A DNA stretch of 32,000 nt from Methanococcus maripaludis (GTDB taxonomy: Archaea; AGJL01; Methanococci; Methanococcales; Methanococcaceae). The DNA lies in contig NZ_CP026606.1 of assembly GCF_002945325.1 (NCBI RefSeq), positions 330,001 to 362,000 of the forward strand, given 5' to 3'. Under the pieces are notes generated by a model, which was not told the DNA's origin, did no database searches, and was given only the letters and a program-made list of their open reading frames with translations. Made by a program: the position numbers and the translations under genes. Shown here in pieces: positions 8,757 through 17,307 of this stretch (position 1 is its first letter; each line of letters starts with the position of its first letter).

Positions 8757-8963
8757 ATGGAAAATCTTTTGCTCAAAGACCCAGGATCATATATGGTAGT
8801 TAAGGTTGAAGGACACTGTAGAAAATTTTATGAACTTGGAATTCTTCCAGGCTGTAAAATAACCCTGATATCACGAACTAACCGAGGCCCTGTACTGATT
8901 AGGGTTGGAAACTCAAAAGTTGCCCTTGGAAGAGGCATGGCAGAATCGATTTTTGTAGAATAA
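8757..8963 (+). CDS. feoA: Ferrous iron transport protein A (FeoA)
   Basis: 68-aa SH3-like FeoA pattern (…VKVEGHCRKFYELGILPGCKITLISRTNRGPVLIRVGNSKVALGRGMAESIFVE). GGTGGT RBS at 8748-8753. Located just upstream of feoB. Confidence 0.9.
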   Translation: MENLLLKDPGSYMVVKVEGHCRKFYELGILPGCKITLISRTNRGPVLIRVGNSKVALGRGMAESIFVE

Positions 8964-9025
8964 TTTAAGAAAATTCTATTCATAAAAATTTATAACATAA
9001 TTTACAAAAAAATATTTAAGTCAGC

Positions 9026-9038
9026 TTAAATTATTTAA
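9026..9038. promoter_or_regulatory. Palindrome TTAAAT-T-ATTTAA, copy 2, upstream of the small Cys-rich ORF and feoB
   Basis: Same 13-mer as 8704-8716, preceded by the same ATTTAAG heptamer (9014-9020), 52 nt upstream of an ATGGAAAAT start. Confidence 0.45.
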
Positions 9039-9077
9039 CCTAATTAAAATTATGTGAAAAACTTTTGTGTGATAAAT

Positions 9078-9215
9078 ATGGAAAATTTAAAAAAAGAGAA
9101 AAAAGAAAATATTTTAGAAAGAATTCTCGTTAAAATTTCAAAAAAAATAGTGAAAGCCAGCTGCTCATGCTGTAGCGAGAAGAAAAACTGCAAAGGAAAG
9201 TGTAATACGGAATAA
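9078..9215 (+). CDS. Small (45 aa) Lys- and Cys-rich ORF between feoA and feoB
   Basis: ATG at 9078, TAA at 9213-9215. Translation: MENLKKEKKENILERILVKISKKIVKASCSCCSEKKNCKGKCNTE. It is below the 60-aa ORF-track cutoff. There is a weak GTGTGAT RBS-like element 4 nt upstream, and the ORF ends 12 nt before the feoB ATG. Confidence 0.45.
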   Translation: MENLKKEKKENILERILVKISKKIVKASCSCCSEKKNCKGKCNTE

Positions 9216-9227
9216 AAACTGGTGAAT

Positions 9228-11174
9228 ATGATGGATGAGAAGAATATTATTGCACTGCTTGGTCAACCAAACGTTGGAAAAACTACCCTTTTCAACCACC
9301 TAACCGGAATGAAACAGAGAATCGGAAACTGGCCTGGCGTTACTGTTGAAAAAAAGGAAGGGTTCTTTAAAAAAAATAGTGAAAGCTACATTGTAGTCGA
9401 TTTACCAGGAATATATTCATTGATGTCGGATTCGATAGATCAAAAGATTGCAAGAGACTATCTCATCGAAAATAATGAAATAACAGTTATTGATGTAATC
9501 GACACCCCGAATATAAACAGGAACCTTTATTTGACGATACAACTTTTAGACCTTGGAATAAGCCCAATTTTATGCCTAAATTTAATCGATGAAGCGGAAA
9601 AATTTGGTATTTTTATAAATGATCAAAAACTGAGTGAAAAATTAGGTGTTCCAGTTATAAGGACTTCTGGAAGACATAAAATCGGAATTGATAACTTAAA
9701 AGAAACAATTTACAAATACAAAGCGGGTGAACCTGTAAAAATTACATATTCGCCACTTTTGGAAGAAAATATCGAAAAAATAATCAATAAATTAGAAAAT
9801 ACTCAGTATAATATCAGTGAAACCTATGAAAGGCTTCCTAAAAGATGGATTGCAATATCACTTCTTGAAAAAGACCCTGATGTCGTAAATGAATTTTCAA
9901 AATATCCAGAATTTATAAAATATGTAAAAGACATGAAACTTGAAATAGAGGACGAAATAAAACATGACGTTGAAAGCTACATTGTAGAACAGAGATACAA
10001 AAAATGTGATGAGATTTTAGCAGGCGTCATGGTAAATAGCGAATTATATGAAGATATAGATACAATTGTAATTCACCCAATTTACGGATTCATGATATTT
10101 GCTGTAGTACTCTACACCATGTACAACTTCGTATTTGGTGTTGGGGACATTTTTGCAGGATTTATAGGTACATTCTTTGAAATACTTGGAAATTATTTGA
10201 TGACTATCCTTCCACAATCACTTTCTGGAGTAATTGTTGATGGATTACTTGCAGGAGTTGGAGGAGTACTCGAATTCTTCCCAATAGTATTCTTGATAAT
10301 GTTTTCGCTATCAATTCTTGAAGATACAGGCTATTTATCAAGAGTTACTGCACTGACACATTCGATCATGTCTAAAATAGGATTAAGCGGAAAATCATTT
10401 ATCCCATTAATTACAGGTTTTGGATGCAGTGTTCCTGCATTAATGGGTACGAGGTTTATCTCAAGCCATAAAGAAAGGTTAATTACGCTTTTAGTAACGC
10501 CCCTTGTTCCATGCTCTGCAAGATTTGTTATAATCGGATTTTTTGCATCATTTTTCTTCATAGAACATGCTGCACTTTTTACATTAAGCATTCTTGCAAT
10601 TACATTTGCACTGCTCTTTTTGGTGTCATACGTATTAAGTAAATTCATGAAAGGTGAATCTGAAGAATACATCTTTGAATTACCCCCATACAGGATTCCA
10701 GATTGGGACAATATTATTAAAATGACCTGGGAAAAAAGCAAAGAATTTCTAAAAAAAGCAGGAACCGTTATTGCCGCAGGTTCCATTTTATTCTATGGAC
10801 TTGTAAATTACCCCTCTCCCGATGCAAATTACGCCGCAGTTGTTGGAAAAATACTCGAACATGTAACGATTTACATGGGGCTTGACTGGAGAGCTGCTAT
10901 ATCCCTCGTATTTGGAATATTTGCAAAAGAACTTGTTGTTTCAAGTTTTAGCATACTGTATCCAGAAAATATCTCGGCAGCATTCAGCCCATTAAAAGCT
11001 TTCGTATTAACGCTTGTTTCGGTACTTTATATTCCCTGCCTTGCAACGCTTGCAACACTATACCTTGAAACGAGAAGTTTGAAATGGACTGCCTTTGGAA
11101 TAGGTTACAATTTAGCACTTGCAACAGTTGTTGGAATAATAACATATAACCTTGGAACACTTCTTGGATTTTAA
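9228..11174 (+). CDS. feoB: Ferrous iron transporter FeoB
   Basis: N-terminal G domain (GQPNVGKTTLFN, DLPG) followed by a polytopic membrane domain with gate motifs. The track start at 9222 is GTG. The ATGs at 9228 and 9231 follow a GGTGA RBS (9221-9225), so the exact start is uncertain by 1-3 codons. Confidence 0.95.
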   Translation: MMDEKNIIALLGQPNVGKTTLFNHLTGMKQRIGNWPGVTVEKKEGFFKKNSESYIVVDLPGIYSLMSDSIDQKIARDYLIENNEITVIDVIDTPNINRNLYLTIQLLDLGISPILCLNLIDEAEKFGIFINDQKLSEKLGVPVIRTSGRHKIGIDNLKETIYKYKAGEPVKITYSPLLEENIEKIINKLENTQYNISETYERLPKRWIAISLLEKDPDVVNEFSKYPEFIKYVKDMKLEIEDEIKHDVESYIVEQRYKKCDEILAGVMVNSELYEDIDTIVIHPIYGFMIFAVVLYTMYNFVFGVGDIFAGFIGTFFEILGNYLMTILPQSLSGVIVDGLLAGVGGVLEFFPIVFLIMFSLSILEDTGYLSRVTALTHSIMSKIGLSGKSFIPLITGFGCSVPALMGTRFISSHKERLITLLVTPLVPCSARFVIIGFFASFFFIEHAALFTLSILAITFALLFLVSYVLSKFMKGESEEYIFELPPYRIPDWDNIIKMTWEKSKEFLKKAGTVIAAGSILFYGLVNYPSPDANYAAVVGKILEHVTIYMGLDWRAAISLVFGIFAKELVVSSFSILYPENISAAFSPLKAFVLTLVSVLYIPCLATLATLYLETRSLKWTAFGIGYNLALATVVGIITYNLGTLLGF

Positions 11175-11268
11175 TCCCGACCTTACTTTTTTTTACTTTG
11201 ACCATTTAGAAAAAATTTTATACCATTTTAAATCAGGTTTGTATTATACTATATTTGAGGAGATAATT

Positions 11269-11877
11269 ATGGATATAACGATTAGATTGGAAGATAAAAG
11301 TGATTTTAAAACTGTGGAAAATATAACAAGAGAAGCTTTTTGGGACGTATATCGACCAGGATGTGAAGAACATTTAGTTCTCCATAAATTAAGAAAAACA
11401 GATGTTTTTATTAAAGAACTGGATTTTATTGCTCTTGAAGGTGAAACTATTGTTGGAAATATTATTTATTCGATTGCAGATGTAATTAATAAAAATGATG
11501 AAAAATTTAAAATATTATGCATGGGACCTATTTCTGTGCTTCCTAATTATCAGGGTAAGGGGATTGGAACTCTCTTAATGAACCATTCCATCAAAGTTGC
11601 TAGAAAATTAAGATATCCTGGAATAATAATTTTTGGAAATCCCAATTATTACCATCGATTTGGTTTTAAAAATGCTAAAAATTACGACATCCAAACTTCA
11701 GAAGGCGAAAATTTCGAAGAATTTATGGCACTTGAATTAAATGAAGGTTCTCTTTATAATATTTCAGGCAAATTCTATGTAAATCCAGTTTTCATAGTTA
11801 CTGAGGAAGAATTGAAAATTTTTGAAAAAGAGTTTCCATATAAAGAGAAACATGTTAAAGATTCTCAATTAAAATAA
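11269..11877 (+). CDS. GNAT-family N-acetyltransferase
   Basis: The ATG at 11269 has a GAGGAG RBS (11257-11262). The track start at 11152 lies inside feoB. Acetyl-CoA binding motif …VLPNYQGKGIGTLLMNHSI…. Confidence 0.85.
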   Translation: MDITIRLEDKSDFKTVENITREAFWDVYRPGCEEHLVLHKLRKTDVFIKELDFIALEGETIVGNIIYSIADVINKNDEKFKILCMGPISVLPNYQGKGIGTLLMNHSIKVARKLRYPGIIIFGNPNYYHRFGFKNAKNYDIQTSEGENFEEFMALELNEGSLYNISGKFYVNPVFIVTEEELKIFEKEFPYKEKHVKDSQLK

Positions 11878-11978
11878 GACTTTTATTCAAGGCGTAATTA
11901 ATTTAGATATTTTAATATAGTAATAATAATTAATATTTTTAAAAGCATTAATAAATTAAATAATATAAAAAAAGAAAA

Positions 11979-12377
11979 TTAATTAGATTCTATTGTAATA
12001 GCAACTTTTAAAGCGTTTTCAACGTTTTTACCGCTAATTTTTTCATCAACTGACGCTAAATCATTTAACTTTTCAGTTATAGATTCAGAAATCAATTGTA
12101 CTAATTCAGCAGGTGCTATTGCAGAATAAAGGTACGGTTTTTTACCGAGGCCTTCTCTATCCATTTTCTTTCGAATAACGTACTCTTCATTGTACATTTC
12201 AAATATTGATTCTCGAATAGTTGACGGGTATACTCCAGTTCCTTTCGCTATTTCTTCCACAGTGCTTTGTGGATTCATTCTTAAAAATATGTATATTTTT
12301 GCCCTAACTTCACTTGATAAAAGGGAAGATACATTGGCAATTAATGTTTTTTCGACACTCAGAATAGTTTTACTCAT
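11979..12377 (-). CDS. TrmB/ArsR-like winged-helix transcriptional regulator
   Basis: …LLSSEVRAKIYIFLRMNPQSTVEEIAKGTGVYPSTIRESIFEMYNEEYVIRK… resembles the TrmB-type N-terminal HTH. Confidence 0.7.
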   Translation of the reverse strand: MSKTILSVEKTLIANVSSLLSSEVRAKIYIFLRMNPQSTVEEIAKGTGVYPSTIRESIFEMYNEEYVIRKKMDREGLGKKPYLYSAIAPAELVQLISESITEKLNDLASVDEKISGKNVENALKVAITIESN

Positions 12378-12544
12378 ATTGACACCAAAATATTTTCGTT
12401 GGATTTATGTTCTTTGGATTTGGGTAAATAGTTATATATAAATAATGGCCTCAAAAGTATATTACTTTTCAAGATATATAAAGGGGTATTCGATTTTTTA
12501 TTGTTGACCCCTAACAAAAAAGTTATTTGGCGTTAATAAAGTAT

Positions 12545-12751
12545 TTATTTTTCAATCATGACCGAAGTCGATTTTACTAATGCAGTTACCGTATCTCCAA
12601 CTTTTAAGCCAAGTTCTTTTTCTGCGTCAAGTGTAATTACTGAAACAATTGTATTTCCTCCACCAATGTCCACTTTGACTTTTGCAACTACCTGCCCCTC
12701 CACAATTTCAAGTATTTTTCCAGTAAACTGATTTCTAATACTCATTTTCAT
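12545..12751 (-). CDS. Molybdenum-pterin-binding (Mop/TOBE, molbindin) protein
   Basis: 68-aa single TOBE domain: SIRNQFTGKILEIVEG…VKVDIGGGNTIVSVITLDAEKELGLKVGDTVTALVKSTSVMI. GGGGGAT RBS upstream. Confidence 0.9.
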   Translation of the reverse strand: MKMSIRNQFTGKILEIVEGQVVAKVKVDIGGGNTIVSVITLDAEKELGLKVGDTVTALVKSTSVMIEK

Positions 12752-13021
12752 ATATATCCCCCGTTTAAGATTATTTATTTATGATATAATTTTGAATTTA
12801 ACAACATATAAACTTTCCAGTATTAAGATAACCTTTTTATATTTGGTTACGATAGTAATGATGTTATGGTACGGCCATAATTTGGACATTTCTCCAAATT
12901 TTGTTTTCTCTGCGATTTTTTAAAAATTAAACCTGCAGTGAATGCTATTTTTTTGAATTGAATTCTTTAAAATGGTGTAAAAAATGGCCAATATAGAAAA
13001 TACCCTAAAATGTACCTAAAC

Positions 13022-13029
13022 TTTATATA
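13022..13029 (+). promoter_or_regulatory. TATA box (TTTATATA) of the eL34-cmk-eL14 operon
   Basis: Canonical methanococcal TATA octamer 46-53 nt upstream of the ATG at 13075. GGAGGT RBS at 13063-13068. Confidence 0.5.
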
Positions 13030-13074
13030 CTTTTAAGTAAAATAGATTTTGGAAAACCATTTGGAGGTTATACT

Positions 13075-13344
13075 ATGCCTGCCCCAAGATATAAGTCAGG
13101 TTCATCTAAAAAAGTGTACAGAAAAGCACCTGGAAACAGTTCAATCGTGCACTATAGAAGAAAAAAACAATCAAAAGCTGTATGTGGTGCTTGCGGTGCT
13201 TTATTAAATGGAGTACCTAGAGGAAGAGCAGTAGAAATCACAAAATTAGCTAAAACAGAAAAAAGACCAGAAAGACCATTTGGTGGCAACTTGTGCCCAA
13301 AATGTGTTAAAAAAATGATGGTCGCAAAAGCTAGGAACTTCTAA
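13075..13344 (+). CDS. rpl34e: 50S ribosomal protein L34e (eL34)
   Basis: MPAPRYKSGSSKK…CGACGALLNGVP…CPKCV zinc-ribbon pattern typical of eL34. Confidence 0.95.
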   Translation: MPAPRYKSGSSKKVYRKAPGNSSIVHYRRKKQSKAVCGACGALLNGVPRGRAVEITKLAKTEKRPERPFGGNLCPKCVKKMMVAKARNF

Positions 13345-13353
13345 GGTGCTAAA

Positions 13354-13890
13354 ATGATAATTACCGTTGGAGGATTGCCGGGTACAGGGACTACAACGAC
13401 TTCTAAGTTACTTTCAGAAAAGTATGGGTTAAACCATGTCTGTGCAGGATTTATCTTCAGAGACATGGCAAAAGAAATGAATATGACCCTTCAAGAATTC
13501 AGCAGTTATGCAGAAACAAACACTGAAGTTGACAACGAAATTGACAGAAGACAGGTTGAGGCAGCTCAATCAGGGGATTTAATCCTTGAAGGTAGACTTG
13601 CTGGATGGATCCTCAAAAGAAGTGACATAAAACCGGATTTAAGCATTTGGCTTAAAGCAGACCCGATGGTAAGATGCATTAGGATCAGCGAACGTGAAAA
13701 CGAGAACGTTGATCTAGCACTTGAAAAAATGATTTCAAGAGAAACTAGCGAAAAGAAACGATATAAAGAAATATATAATATCGAAATTGATGACTTATCA
13801 ATATACGATTTAACAATCGAGTCCTCGAAATGGGACGCTAAAGGGGTATTTAATATCATCGAAAAAGCCATTGACAACTTGAAAGCTTAG
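13354..13890 (+). CDS. cmk: Cytidylate kinase, archaeal type
   Basis: P-loop [13 protein letters not shown] and size of about 178 aa. It occupies the conserved archaeal position between eL34 and eL14. Confidence 0.9.
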   Translation: MIITVGGLPGTGTTTTSKLLSEKYGLNHVCAGFIFRDMAKEMNMTLQEFSSYAETNTEVDNEIDRRQVEAAQSGDLILEGRLAGWILKRSDIKPDLSIWLKADPMVRCIRISERENENVDLALEKMISRETSEKKRYKEIYNIEIDDLSIYDLTIESSKWDAKGVFNIIEKAIDNLKA

Positions 13891-13972
13891 ATGGTAGTAA
13901 ATCTCTCTGTTTGAAGTATGACATGTGATTGGCGACATTCGCATTAACAAAAAATAAGATGAGGTAATAATT

Positions 13973-14206
13973 ATGGCAGCAATTGAAGTAGGAAGAGTTT
14001 GCATTAAAACTTTAGGAAGAGAAGCAGGAAACACCTGTGTTATCGTTGAAGTATTAGACAAAAACTTTGTAGTTATCGACGGTAGCGTTAAAAGAAGAAG
14101 ATGCAACTTAAAACACGTTGAACCAACCGACAAAAAAGTTGACTTGGAAAAAGCAGCTTCAACCGAAGAAGTTAAGTTAGCTTTAGATGCGGCAGGCTTA
14201 TTATAA
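13973..14206 (+). CDS. rpl14e: 50S ribosomal protein L14e (eL14)
   Basis: MAAIEVGRVCIKTLGREAGNTCVIVEVLDKNFVVIDG… is a KOW-like eL14 pattern. GAGGT RBS upstream. Confidence 0.95.
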   Translation: MAAIEVGRVCIKTLGREAGNTCVIVEVLDKNFVVIDGSVKRRRCNLKHVEPTDKKVDLEKAASTEEVKLALDAAGLL

Positions 14207-14215
14207 CTCCAAATC

Positions 14216-14249
14216 AGTGCTAAAATCGCACTTAAATTTCTTTTTTTTT
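14216..14249 (+). terminator. Hairpin plus T9 terminator after rpl14e
   Basis: AGTGC/GCACT stem (14216-14220 / 14228-14232) followed by TTTC-T9 (T9 at 14241-14249), 10 nt after the stop codon. Confidence 0.6.
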
Positions 14250-14325
14250 AGAATATTTAAAAAAATTTAAAACTGTTTTAATACATCAAACTAAATTTAA
14301 AAAAAGAGAATTTATTTTCAAAAAA

Positions 14326-14727
14326 TTAATCATCTGTTTCAACTAAGCTTCCAGCGTCAGGTCCAGGTTTTACACTGTATATACTTGTAATTGTGATAAC
14401 AATTGCACCTTTTGGGGTTAATCCTGGAACTTTTACTTTGTTTAATTCTTTTGCTTTTTCAAAGTATTCTCCGTCAGTTACGATTTCAGCTTTTCCTTTG
14501 TACTGGAATGGGTGTGATCTACAGTTTGCAACGTTTATTGCAACTACGGGGTTTTCTTTAATGTTATCAAGTGTTTTTTTCATGAAATTGTCTGAAATTA
14601 CGAGTTTGTCTCCAACGAACTGGTTTGCACCCATTGGAGCTACATTTGGAACTCCATCTTTTGAAGATGTTGCTAAAAATAAAAGACCAGTTATCTCAGT
14701 TTTCATTTCTTCTGTTAATTTAACCAT
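14326..14727 (-). CDS. Pyridoxamine 5'-phosphate oxidase-like FMN-binding protein
   Basis: …LFLATSSKDGVPNVAPMG…VISDNFMKKTLDNIKENPVVAI… is a split-barrel PNPOx-family pattern. Confidence 0.8.
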   Translation of the reverse strand: MVKLTEEMKTEITGLLFLATSSKDGVPNVAPMGANQFVGDKLVISDNFMKKTLDNIKENPVVAINVANCRSHPFQYKGKAEIVTDGEYFEKAKELNKVKVPGLTPKGAIVITITSIYSVKPGPDAGSLVETDD

Positions 14728-14790
14728 TTATATCCCCTTTTCTATTTTTATTTCCATTTTAATTTTTGATTTGTAATTATTTAAACTTAA

Positions 14791-15459
14791 TTATCCCTGT
14801 TTTGGCGTTGGAAGGTAAGGTGTTATAAAATCGATGAAACTTTCGATATTTCTAGTTTGAATATAAATTTTACCAGTTCCGCTGAAGTTGTAGACTAAAC
14901 CTTCACCACCAAGAAGTGTTGATTTTAAACCGCCAACTTTTCCAAGATTATAACTTAAATCTCCAGTAAATGCAACCAAGTTTCCGTTGTCAACCATTAT
15001 TGATTCGTTATTTAAGTCTATTTCTTCAACTGCGCCATATGATGATAAAAATACATCTCCAGAACCTTCAATTTTCATTAAAAATAGACCTTTTCCACCG
15101 AAAAATGTTTTACCGCCACCAAATTTGGTATCAATTGATAAATCTGATGAAGATGCTAAATATGCACCGCTACTTGCATATAATGTTCCATTGAGTTCGT
15201 GGTGAACAATATCTCCAGAATAACCGGGTGCAAGTGCAATTTTTCCTGAACCGCTTAATTTATTCATGAATATGCTTTCCCCAACAACAGCTCTTTTTAA
15301 AACTCCTAAAACTCCCCCCTTAGCAGAAGTTTCGATATTTACACCATTATCTTTATAAACCATCGAACCTGTTTCAGTCATTATTTCCTGATCTTTCAAG
15401 TTTATTTTTAAAAGAGAGTATGAAGGCCTGCTCGTTATTTCAAAATCGTAGTCTGCCAT
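14791..15459 (-). CDS. AIM24/DUF124 family protein
   Basis: MADYDFEITSRPSYSLLKINL…GSMVYKD…GESIFMNK…GEGLVYNFSGTGKIYIQTR. The ATG at 15459 follows a GGTGA RBS; the track start at 15471 is the GTG inside that RBS. Confidence 0.85.
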   Translation of the reverse strand: MADYDFEITSRPSYSLLKINLKDQEIMTETGSMVYKDNGVNIETSAKGGVLGVLKRAVVGESIFMNKLSGSGKIALAPGYSGDIVHHELNGTLYASSGAYLASSSDLSIDTKFGGGKTFFGGKGLFLMKIEGSGDVFLSSYGAVEEIDLNNESIMVDNGNLVAFTGDLSYNLGKVGGLKSTLLGGEGLVYNFSGTGKIYIQTRNIESFIDFITPYLPTPKQG

Positions 15460-15523
15460 GATTTTCACCAATCTAGTTCTTTATATTAATATAAAAAGTA
15501 TATTTTATATATCTTCGCTTTAT

Positions 15524-16432
15524 TTATTTTTTAAATCTTAATTTGTAGAGTTTTTTAGATAAATCTACCAATAAATCTTTATTTTGAAGACCTGCTATCC
15601 AAAGTTCAGGAATATTCGATACCCCATAATAAGCTCCTGCAATTGCACCATACATGCTTCCCATGCTGTCAGTGTCCCCTCCAGCATTTACACATGAAAT
15701 CATTCCATCTTTAAACGTATCAGTTCTTAAAAATGTTGCAATTGCTGATGGAACACATTCAATTGCAGGAAGGCCAGTATCAAATAACTCATAAGCATCA
15801 TTTGCTGAATTTAAATCATTTATAAGAAGTATCTTTTCTGAAAAGTCGTAAGAAACATCTTCAATAAATTTTGCACATCTTTTGATGGATTTTTCCGATT
15901 TTACATTGTTTACAGATTCTGCAACAAAAAATGCAATCGAAAGAGCACCTGCAATTGCTTCATCATTATTGTGGGTTAATTTTGTAGCTTTAATTGTAAT
16001 TTCTTTTAATTTATCATATTCTCCAAAATAAAAAAGTCCTAAAGGCCCAACTCTCATTGAAGAGCCACATGTTCTCGAATCACACCCCGTAGTGTCCCCA
16101 TTAATTAATTTTTCGATTGCCTTTGTACTCGTTGGCCCCATTCCAACTGGATTATTGTTGTACCATTTTATAAGTTCTTTAATAAAAATATCGTTATTAA
16201 ATCCCCTTACATCAAAAGAATTTAGTATTGCAATTGTTTGATCCGTATCGTCAGTATATTGTCCTGCTTTTAAAATTCCGTTAAATTTATTTTTGGGATC
16301 TACAAAATTGTCGATTAAACCATATTTTTCTGCGATTTCTTCTTTTGTAAACCATTCTGTTGGCATGCCGAGCGCATCGCCTATTGAAAGCCCCAAAATG
16401 CTTCCCTCAAACTTTTCAAGCATTTTGTCCAT
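15524..16432 (-). CDS. ADP-ribosylglycohydrolase family protein
   Basis: GSILGLSIGDALGMPTEW…YTDDTDQT…GGDTDSMGSMYGAIAGAYYG are hallmark motifs. The ATG at 16432 has a GAGGGAT RBS; the track start at 16444 is TTG. Confidence 0.9.
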   Translation of the reverse strand: MDKMLEKFEGSILGLSIGDALGMPTEWFTKEEIAEKYGLIDNFVDPKNKFNGILKAGQYTDDTDQTIAILNSFDVRGFNNDIFIKELIKWYNNNPVGMGPTSTKAIEKLINGDTTGCDSRTCGSSMRVGPLGLFYFGEYDKLKEITIKATKLTHNNDEAIAGALSIAFFVAESVNNVKSEKSIKRCAKFIEDVSYDFSEKILLINDLNSANDAYELFDTGLPAIECVPSAIATFLRTDTFKDGMISCVNAGGDTDSMGSMYGAIAGAYYGVSNIPELWIAGLQNKDLLVDLSKKLYKLRFKK

Positions 16433-16448
16433 AATATCCCTCAAAACA

Positions 16449-16456
16449 TTTATAAT
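16449..16456 (+). promoter_or_regulatory. TATA-like box (TTTATAAT) positioned for a leaderless transcript of the TIM-barrel gene
   Basis: The octamer centre lies about 26 nt upstream of the A of the ATG at 16479. No purine-rich RBS lies between them (…atatttaaatcATG). Confidence 0.35.
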
Positions 16457-16478
16457 TAAAAATAACTATATTTAAATC

Positions 16479-17288
16479 ATGGTAAAAATAGGTTGCTCAT
16501 CGCTGTTTTTTTGGGAATATGATATTGGAGAAATTGTAGATATATTCTTAGAAATCGGCTTAAAAAATATGGAATTTTTTCCAGAAAATCCCGAATTTTG
16601 GAAAAAAAGAAATGATTTAGATTATATAAATAATGTTAAGACTGAACTATCAAAATTAGATGTAACTATCCATGCCCCATATATCGAGCTAAATTCCTCT
16701 TCGACAAACGAAAATATAAGGCTCGTTACGTTAATGGAAACATTTTGGGCAATTGATCTCTCAAAAAAATTTAAATCAGAACTTTTGACAATACATCCTG
16801 GAAAAAGACCCACAGCAAGAATTCCGACAGATGAAGAGTACAATAATTTCGATGATTATTTAGAAAAATCGATAAATTATGCATTAAAAAATGAAATAAC
16901 CCTTTGTCTTGAAAATTCTCCTGAAAAAATAAACAATATCTGCCACAACATTGAATCGATGAAAAAAACGCTTGATAAATTTGAAAAACTGTACATGACT
17001 CTCGATATTGCGCATGCACGTGAAAATTCACTTGATTTTATCAAAAATTTCCACAAAAAAATTAAAAATATGCATATTTCAGGTGTAAATTCAAAAGACC
17101 ACTACCCATTGAGTGAATCCAGAATAAATTTCGATGAAACACTAAATTCACTTTTAAATGAATATAATTACCAAGGGGCCTTGAATTTTGAATTAAACGA
17201 TTTAATATATGATAAAACTCTTTTAAAACAGGAAAAAATAGATATTATAATTAATGAAGTTCAATACCTTGAAAAAATAATTGAATAA
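16479..17288 (+). CDS. Sugar phosphate isomerase/epimerase (xylose isomerase-like TIM barrel)
   Basis: MVKIGCSS…TIHPG…LCLEN…TLDIAHA pattern typical of the AP-endonuclease-2/xylose-isomerase-like TIM-barrel family. Confidence 0.8.
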   Translation: MVKIGCSSLFFWEYDIGEIVDIFLEIGLKNMEFFPENPEFWKKRNDLDYINNVKTELSKLDVTIHAPYIELNSSSTNENIRLVTLMETFWAIDLSKKFKSELLTIHPGKRPTARIPTDEEYNNFDDYLEKSINYALKNEITLCLENSPEKINNICHNIESMKKTLDKFEKLYMTLDIAHARENSLDFIKNFHKKIKNMHISGVNSKDHYPLSESRINFDETLNSLLNEYNYQGALNFELNDLIYDKTLLKQEKIDIIINEVQYLEKIIE

Positions 17289-17307
17289 ACTAAAAATTAA
17301 AATATTT

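Noticed and set aside
10331-10786. 151-aa minus-strand ORF inside feoB (and 10984-11205).
   Set aside because: It is fully nested antisense to a well-supported FeoB membrane domain, has no RBS, and shows no recognisable motif.
11152-11268. Upstream extensions of track ORFs. Examples: GNAT from 11152, feoB GTG 9222, AIM24 15471, atwA 18912, tiaS 21747, pth 28285, marker-15 28762, orphan 8073, ADP-ribosylglycohydrolase 16444.
   Set aside because: In each case an internal ATG or GTG is preceded at 3-7 nt by a GGTG/GAGG-type RBS. The upstream codon is an alternative start lying in the RBS itself or in the neighbouring gene.
12858-12921. Possible C/D-box sRNA (ATGATGT … CTGC).
   Set aside because: Neither box matches the consensus (RUGAUGA / CUGA) and no internal C'/D' pair is present. 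Only the hairpin plus oligo-T observation is retained, as a low-interest finding.
13566-14133. Minus-strand ORFs of 103 and 107 aa overlapping cmk and rpl14e; also plus-strand ORFs at 14393-14776, 14970-15205, 16293-16475, 17927-18193, 19813-20094, 23426-23674, 23972-24223, 25754-25942, 26495-27911 and 28926-29986.
   Set aside because: All are antisense to, or overlap, genes with clear family signatures, and their translations are low-complexity. They are treated as spurious.
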